Below are positions 36,601 through 39,884 of a stretch of 39,884 bases of DNA, piece by piece. The stretch comes from Candidatus Kapaibacterium sp. (lineage in GTDB: Bacteria > Bacteroidota > Ignavibacteria > OLB7): positions 1 through 39,884 of the forward strand of contig JBDSJW010000481.1 in the NCBI GenBank assembly GCA_039917235.1, read 5' to 3'. The position numbers were made by a program, and so were the translations under genes. Position 1 is the first letter of the stretch. Each line of letters starts with the position of its first letter. The notes under the pieces are model-generated. The model did not search any database. It was not told where the DNA came from and worked only from the letters and a program-made list of their open reading frames with translations.

Positions 36601-37586
36601 GGGGGAACGGCTGCACCGCGTCCGACAGCGTGACCGTAAGCGTTGTGCGGCAGTTGACGGTAAACGCGGGACCGGATGCCACGATCTGCCCGGGAGATTC
36701 CATCGGCCTCCATGCCACCGGCGGAGCATCATATCACTGGAGCCCATCAGTCGGCCTGAGCTGCGCCGACTGCGCCGACCCTATCGCCAGGCCCGACTCC
36801 ACAACCATCTACACCGTGACCACATCCTCCGGCACCTGCTCGTCGATCGACAGCATCACGGTAACGGTGACGGACGGAAAGCCGCTCCACGCAAGGATTG
36901 CGCGCGACCTTCACGTCAGACCGGGGGAATCGCTGACGGTGCCGGTGATGGTCGATAACGCGGCGGCGATACGGGCCGGGGATACGGTAGTGTTCGATTT
37001 TGGCTACGCGAAAAACATGTTCCGGGTGGATAGTCTCATGACCGGCGGAACGATCCTGAACGGATGGCGGCGTGAGATGATTGCCGACAGCATCGGCCGG
37101 CTGGCGATACGGTTTATCGCGCCGCCGGGGGGGAAGAATCAGGGGGATCTGCCGTTGCTCCGGCTGGAGATTCATGCGTATGTGGGCGATTCGGTCGGCG
37201 GGGAACTCCCGTTCAGCATCGATATCGGATCGCGCCCCTGCATGCTGGTCACCACCGAAACGGGCCGCATCTCGCTCGACTCTATCTGCGGGCTTCATCT
37301 CCGGCTGATTGAGCAGCTTGTCGGCGAATACGCCCTCCGCAGAAACGCCCCCAACCCGTTCAACCCCGCGACGACGATCGAGTTCTCGCTCGGCCTGGAT
37401 GGCCCGACCCGTCTTGAAGTTCTGAACGGAGCGGGGGAACGGGTCGCCCTGCTCGTGGAGGGTTATATGATGCCGGGACGCTATTCGGTGATGTGGGATG
37501 CCGCGTCGATGCCATCCGGCATCTACTTCTACCGGCTGGTATCGGGAGACTGGAGTAGGATCGAGAGGATGATGCTGGTGCGATAG
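33696..37586 (+). CDS. Large T9SS-secreted surface protein: N-terminal propeller-like domain, nine Cys-rich Ig-like repeats, a cohesin-like module and a Por-type C-terminal sorting domain
   Basis: ATG at 33696 gives the signal peptide MVRPRYSLPLLIFLLSPLFLYAQ. The C-terminus ...NAPNPFNPATTIEFSL...PSGIYFYRLVSGDWSRIERMMLVR is the T9SS CTD signature. Confidence 0.92.
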   Translation: MVRPRYSLPLLIFLLSPLFLYAQKEKMIWCFGDLTGLDFNSGAPVPFVGSKLSTHEGSASVADRHTGGLLFYTDGMTVWNRNHKVMPNGIGLKGYFSTTQSALIVPAPGDTTKYYVFTAAPREDQYTNGVQYSVVDMTKDGGQGDVIIKNVLLLAPATERLCAVTHCNGRDYWVITHGWDNDIFFAYQVTRRGIAPPVVSRAGSYEGAPDWLSGVGYLKASPDGKLLARAIYGQKSVELCQFDNSSGYVSLAITIPLDPGLLNSPYGVSFSPNSTKLYVTEAALYQYDVSAYSYTEISASKKLISPTNLLGAIQMAPDGKLYIANSTSGYLDDIDSPDSAGAKCLFNSGAVTFPVGRSESGLPNMIDADSGRVESYVVGDATICHGENAQLWATGGTTYAWFPTTFLSCPTCPNPIATPDSTTSYTVRIMNPGRCPIIDTVRVTVRNKVRLNVGSTAPICRGDSLHLVATGSVNYRWSPAIGLSCTTCANPLAFPSIPTTYKVVGTNAEGCRDSATVTVQPVDRPVAEAGASSVICKGDAVQLAAQPNGLSYAWSPAEGLSCTNCQRPLATPEKTTVYYLTVSNSVGCTAIDSVQITVIDTARPANAGPDVTICPGERIQLHGSGGISYFWSPADELSCVNCPDPVASPLTTTTYRLLTRNPSRCPGIDSSADSITVFVRPPANVTLSPAPTICDGDSAALSASGGISYRWEPSNGLSCADCPTPMAAPQVTTLYTVSITDSNGCRASDTIRVTVRPGSTADAGPDGSICIGDAAPLSGSDGVAWDWTPSTGLSCTDCRNPIASPGITTVYHLTVANAEGCRGTDSVTVFVSASKAVDAGPDVTICPGGSATLKATGGTIFRWTPAAGLSCTDCPDPVAAPTISTTYYVQAIGPGDCPFIDSVTVTVFNAAAVDAGPDITICSGGSDTLRASDGNAWQWSPSTGLSCTDCRASVAAPDSTITYHVTILGGNGCTASDSVTVSVVRQLTVNAGPDATICPGDSIGLHATGGASYHWSPSVGLSCADCADPIARPDSTTIYTVTTSSGTCSSIDSITVTVTDGKPLHARIARDLHVRPGESLTVPVMVDNAAAIRAGDTVVFDFGYAKNMFRVDSLMTGGTILNGWRREMIADSIGRLAIRFIAPPGGKNQGDLPLLRLEIHAYVGDSVGGELPFSIDIGSRPCMLVTTETGRISLDSICGLHLRLIEQLVGEYALRRNAPNPFNPATTIEFSLGLDGPTRLEVLNGAGERVALLVEGYMMPGRYSVMWDAASMPSGIYFYRLVSGDWSRIERMMLVR
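34831..36875 (+). repeat. Nine tandem ~75-aa coding repeats, each with four conserved cysteines
   Basis: The consensus IC-x-G(D/G)S-x-L-x-A-x-GG-x-x-Y-x-W-x-P-x-x-GLSC-x-x-C-x-x-P-x-A-x-P-x-x-TT-x-Y-x-V...GC...D(S/T)V-x-V-x-V recurs 9 times (ICHGEN, ICRGDS, ICKGDA, ICPGER, ICDGDS, ICIGDA, ICPGGS, ICSGGS, ICPGDS). DNA-level similarity is also visible, e.g. GGNTTRAGCTGYACNGATTGCC. Confidence 0.9.
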
Positions 37587-37593
37587 CAGTCTC

Positions 37594-38973
37594 CTACCCG
37601 CCTGCCCGCGCACGCCGAAGCAGATCGATCACCGCCGGGCTCCCCTGGTCCGCATCGGGAACCTGGGCACCGGCGGCAATCAGCCGCTGCACGATACCGG
37701 GATAATTTCCATCGGCATTGCCGCGATTCATTGAACCATGCAGCGCCCAGTCCAGCGGCGTTCCCTGGTATTCGGAGCAGCGCGCCTCCAGCGGCGCATG
37801 GTACGCAAGAAGCATCGCGACCGCATCCTCCCGACCATGCCACGCCGCCTGATGAAGCGCCGTGGCCCCCGCATCCCCCGTTGTCGCGATATCAAATCCC
37901 GCGTCCAGCATCAGCCGAAGCGCCGTCACGTTATTGTTGATGGCCGCGTCAATCAACGGCGCGCAATCCTCCGCCGGCAGCGATCCTATCAGAGTGGGAT
38001 GCTCGGCAAGAATTTCTCTCACCTTTGATTCCTCCCCCAGAACAGACGCCCCCAGCAGTTGATCCACAACGCTTAACGCGGTATCAGCGCCCCGCTCGCG
38101 CAGCAGTTCCATCGCCTCCCGGTTTCCAAATCTCACGGCAAGAGCAAACGGGGTAAGCCCGCGCGCGTTGGGAAGATTCGGATCGGCGCCATGATCGAGC
38201 AGCATCTCCACGGTCGCGCGTCGGCGGCCGTTGCGAACGGCGCGATGCAGTGGCGTCTCGGCGATCTGGTAGCTGGTCACATTTGGATCGGCGCCATGCT
38301 CCAGCAGCCACCGCGCTCCCTCGGTGGCGCTCTCCTTCACCCCCTCGCGATAGCCCAGAAGGAAATAGAGCGGCGTATTATTCCACGGCATTCCGCGAAC
38401 GCTAAGATCAGCGCCGTAATGCAATAACGTCTCCAGACATTCACGATGGTTTTCCTCCGCCGCGTGATAGATCGATTCTCCATCGTTCGGATTGGCGCCG
38501 GCGGAGAGGAGCGCCTCGGCAATCGACGGATCGTTGACGACGCCCGTTGCGCCGTAGAGCGCCGACTGCGGCGAATCGGGATAATGCTCCTCGATGTACG
38601 ATGTGTTGGGATCAGCACCGGCGGCAAGCAGCAAACGCACAACCCCGGCACGATCGGAAGCCGCCTGACCGGATATATTGGCGCCTCGGGAAAAGCTTGC
38701 GTAGAGAATAGGCTCCCATCCCCTCGGCCCTCCCTTCAGTGTGGCGAGCGAAGGATTATTCCGCAGCATCAAAGCCACCGCATCGGAACTCCCCGCGGCG
38801 GCGGCGGAATAAATATCCGCGACCGGCAACGAGGGGTCATCGGCAAGCAGACGTTCCGCGTTCGTGATCTCTCCGCTGAGCATCGCCTCAATAAACTGGT
38901 TGATGATGGATTCGGTCGGCATGGGCTCTACCTGCTGGATATATGGAGAATGGAATAATCGATCAGCAAACAT
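37594..38973 (-). CDS. Ankyrin-repeat protein (about 10 ANK repeats)
   Basis: Repeated ...TPLH-x-A...G...-x-V-x-LL-x-x-GADPN... units, e.g. TPLHRAVRNGRRRATVEMLLDHGADPNLPNARGLTPFALAVRFGNREAMELLRERGAD. 38973 is the first ATG, the track start 38997 is a TTG, and 38922 (MPTESIINQ...) is an alternative ATG. Confidence 0.9.
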   Translation of the reverse strand: MFADRLFHSPYIQQVEPMPTESIINQFIEAMLSGEITNAERLLADDPSLPVADIYSAAAAGSSDAVALMLRNNPSLATLKGGPRGWEPILYASFSRGANISGQAASDRAGVVRLLLAAGADPNTSYIEEHYPDSPQSALYGATGVVNDPSIAEALLSAGANPNDGESIYHAAEENHRECLETLLHYGADLSVRGMPWNNTPLYFLLGYREGVKESATEGARWLLEHGADPNVTSYQIAETPLHRAVRNGRRRATVEMLLDHGADPNLPNARGLTPFALAVRFGNREAMELLRERGADTALSVVDQLLGASVLGEESKVREILAEHPTLIGSLPAEDCAPLIDAAINNNVTALRLMLDAGFDIATTGDAGATALHQAAWHGREDAVAMLLAYHAPLEARCSEYQGTPLDWALHGSMNRGNADGNYPGIVQRLIAAGAQVPDADQGSPAVIDLLRRARAGG

Positions 38974-39113
38974 AAATCGTCCAGCGGTTTTCGGCAATGT
39001 GGCGGCGTAAAGGCAGACGAAACACTATGGCAAAGCGGATGTGACGTGGAGATATTCCGAAGAGTGCCTCCACGCCACGATCGATATAGCGCCGTCACTA
39101 CCAATCCGAACAA

Positions 39114-39884
39114 TCAATTCGCCCCAAATCCATTCTGCGGCATGTACACCTGCTCCTCGAATTCCGCGATCTTCCGGACATCGGCCGCCTCCGTGGTTTT
39201 TCCAACCCGCAGATACGCATGCGCCAGAAGCCCGGCCAGAGCAGCGCGAACCTGCGACCGCTCGCCTTTATCGGAGATCTGCCACCAGACGCGCTGTTCA
39301 TAGCAGCGATGGAGGTTTGCAATCACCCGCACCGGCGTCTTCGCGGAATCGGAAATCGCCCTGGCGATCAGGCTCTGTATGCGGGAGCGGAACAGCATCA
39401 TCGCGCTGTCGCCGCTATGGCGGTCGATTCCCATGCGGTCAGCCTGATGATTAACCTTATTCACAAGCCCCCCCATCACCAGCGAATCGCCAAAATTAAA
39501 AACCGACATTTTCGCGTAATACTCCGGCATGATGCAGACGCTCACCTTCCCCTTATCCTTCGGAAATCCACGATCCGCCAGTGTGTGCCGAAGTTCCTCG
39601 ACAATATCCGATGCCATATTTGTGGTAACCAGATAAAGCCCGGCTTTTACCAGCAACCCTCCGGCGATGCCATCCAGCTTACCGAAATGATTCAGAATTG
39701 CCTGCCTGATAAATTGTCCCTGATTAAAACAGCGCTGAAAATCCCCCGATGCAAATGCCTTGCGCGATCGAAGCACCTTGAGCGTGGCCTCCGCATTATC
39801 CCTGAACCCGATTAATTCCAGCAGACCGCGCGCCTGCGAAAATCCCAGCTCGACATAATATTGGATGGTATCAAGCCCCGCAAT
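39114..39884 (-). CDS. Hypothetical protein, C-terminal part (5' end outside the window)
   Basis: The minus-strand frame stays open from 39776 (a GTG in the track) to the window edge (...IAGLDTIQYYVELGFSQARGLLELIGFRDNAEATLK-VLRSRK...). Composition looks coding. No motif recognised. Confidence 0.65.
   Translation of the reverse strand: MAGLDTIQYYVELGFSQARGLLELIGFRDNAEATLKVLRSRKAFASGDFQRCFNQGQFIRQAILNHFGKLDGIAGGLLVKAGLYLVTTNMASDIVEELRHTLADRGFPKDKGKVSVCIMPEYYAKMSVFNFGDSLVMGGLVNKVNHQADRMGIDRHSGDSAMMLFRSRIQSLIARAISDSAKTPVRVIANLHRCYEQRVWWQISDKGERSQVRAALAGLLAHAYLRVGKTTEAADVRKIAEFEEQVYMPQNGFGAN

Noticed and set aside
34831-36875. Periodic DNA repeats that could superficially resemble a CRISPR or tandem-repeat array
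   Set aside because: The period is ~225 bp, the units are diverged, and the region lies fully within one open reading frame encoding nine protein repeats. There is no short direct repeat and spacer organisation.

Overview
Visibly GC-rich bacterial chromosomal window with about 24 protein-coding genes on both strands. I found no rRNA, tRNA, CRISPR array, transposase or integrase. One giant protein (33696..37586) ends in a Por/T9SS-type C-terminal sorting domain, which suggests an FCB-group host (Bacteroidota, Ignavibacteriota or Rhodothermota-like); that assignment is inference. Recognisable genes: a TonB-dependent receptor fragment, an SNF2 helicase plus SWIM zinc-finger pair, an atypical-SDR NAD(P)-binding protein, an ECF sigma factor with a soluble cupin-type anti-sigma factor, an AlkZ/YcaQ-like glycosylase, an azoreductase, SMC, a TPR-like protein, lipoproteins, a T9SS cargo protein with nine Cys-rich repeats, and an ankyrin-repeat protein. 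The best candidate for an undescribed system is the minus-strand cassette at 6493..19563. It encodes a Sec-signal beta-sandwich-like protein, a 1734-aa protein with a twin-arginine leader and a Gly-rich hydrophobic beta-strand C-terminus, a leaderless 1450-aa protein, and an outer-membrane barrel carrying a coiled-coil segment. I could not place any of the four in a named family by eye. Non-coding structure worth a look: a 27-nt palindromic REP-like unit present twice, a ~180-bp MITE-like element with 16-bp terminal inverted repeats, a ~210-bp nested inverted-repeat element, a ~1.07-kb gene-poor gap upstream of smc, and a motif shared upstream of the ECF sigma gene and the T9SS cargo gene. Long antisense ORFs in the track are treated as GC-driven shadow ORFs. 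All domain calls come from motif recognition by eye; no searches were run.
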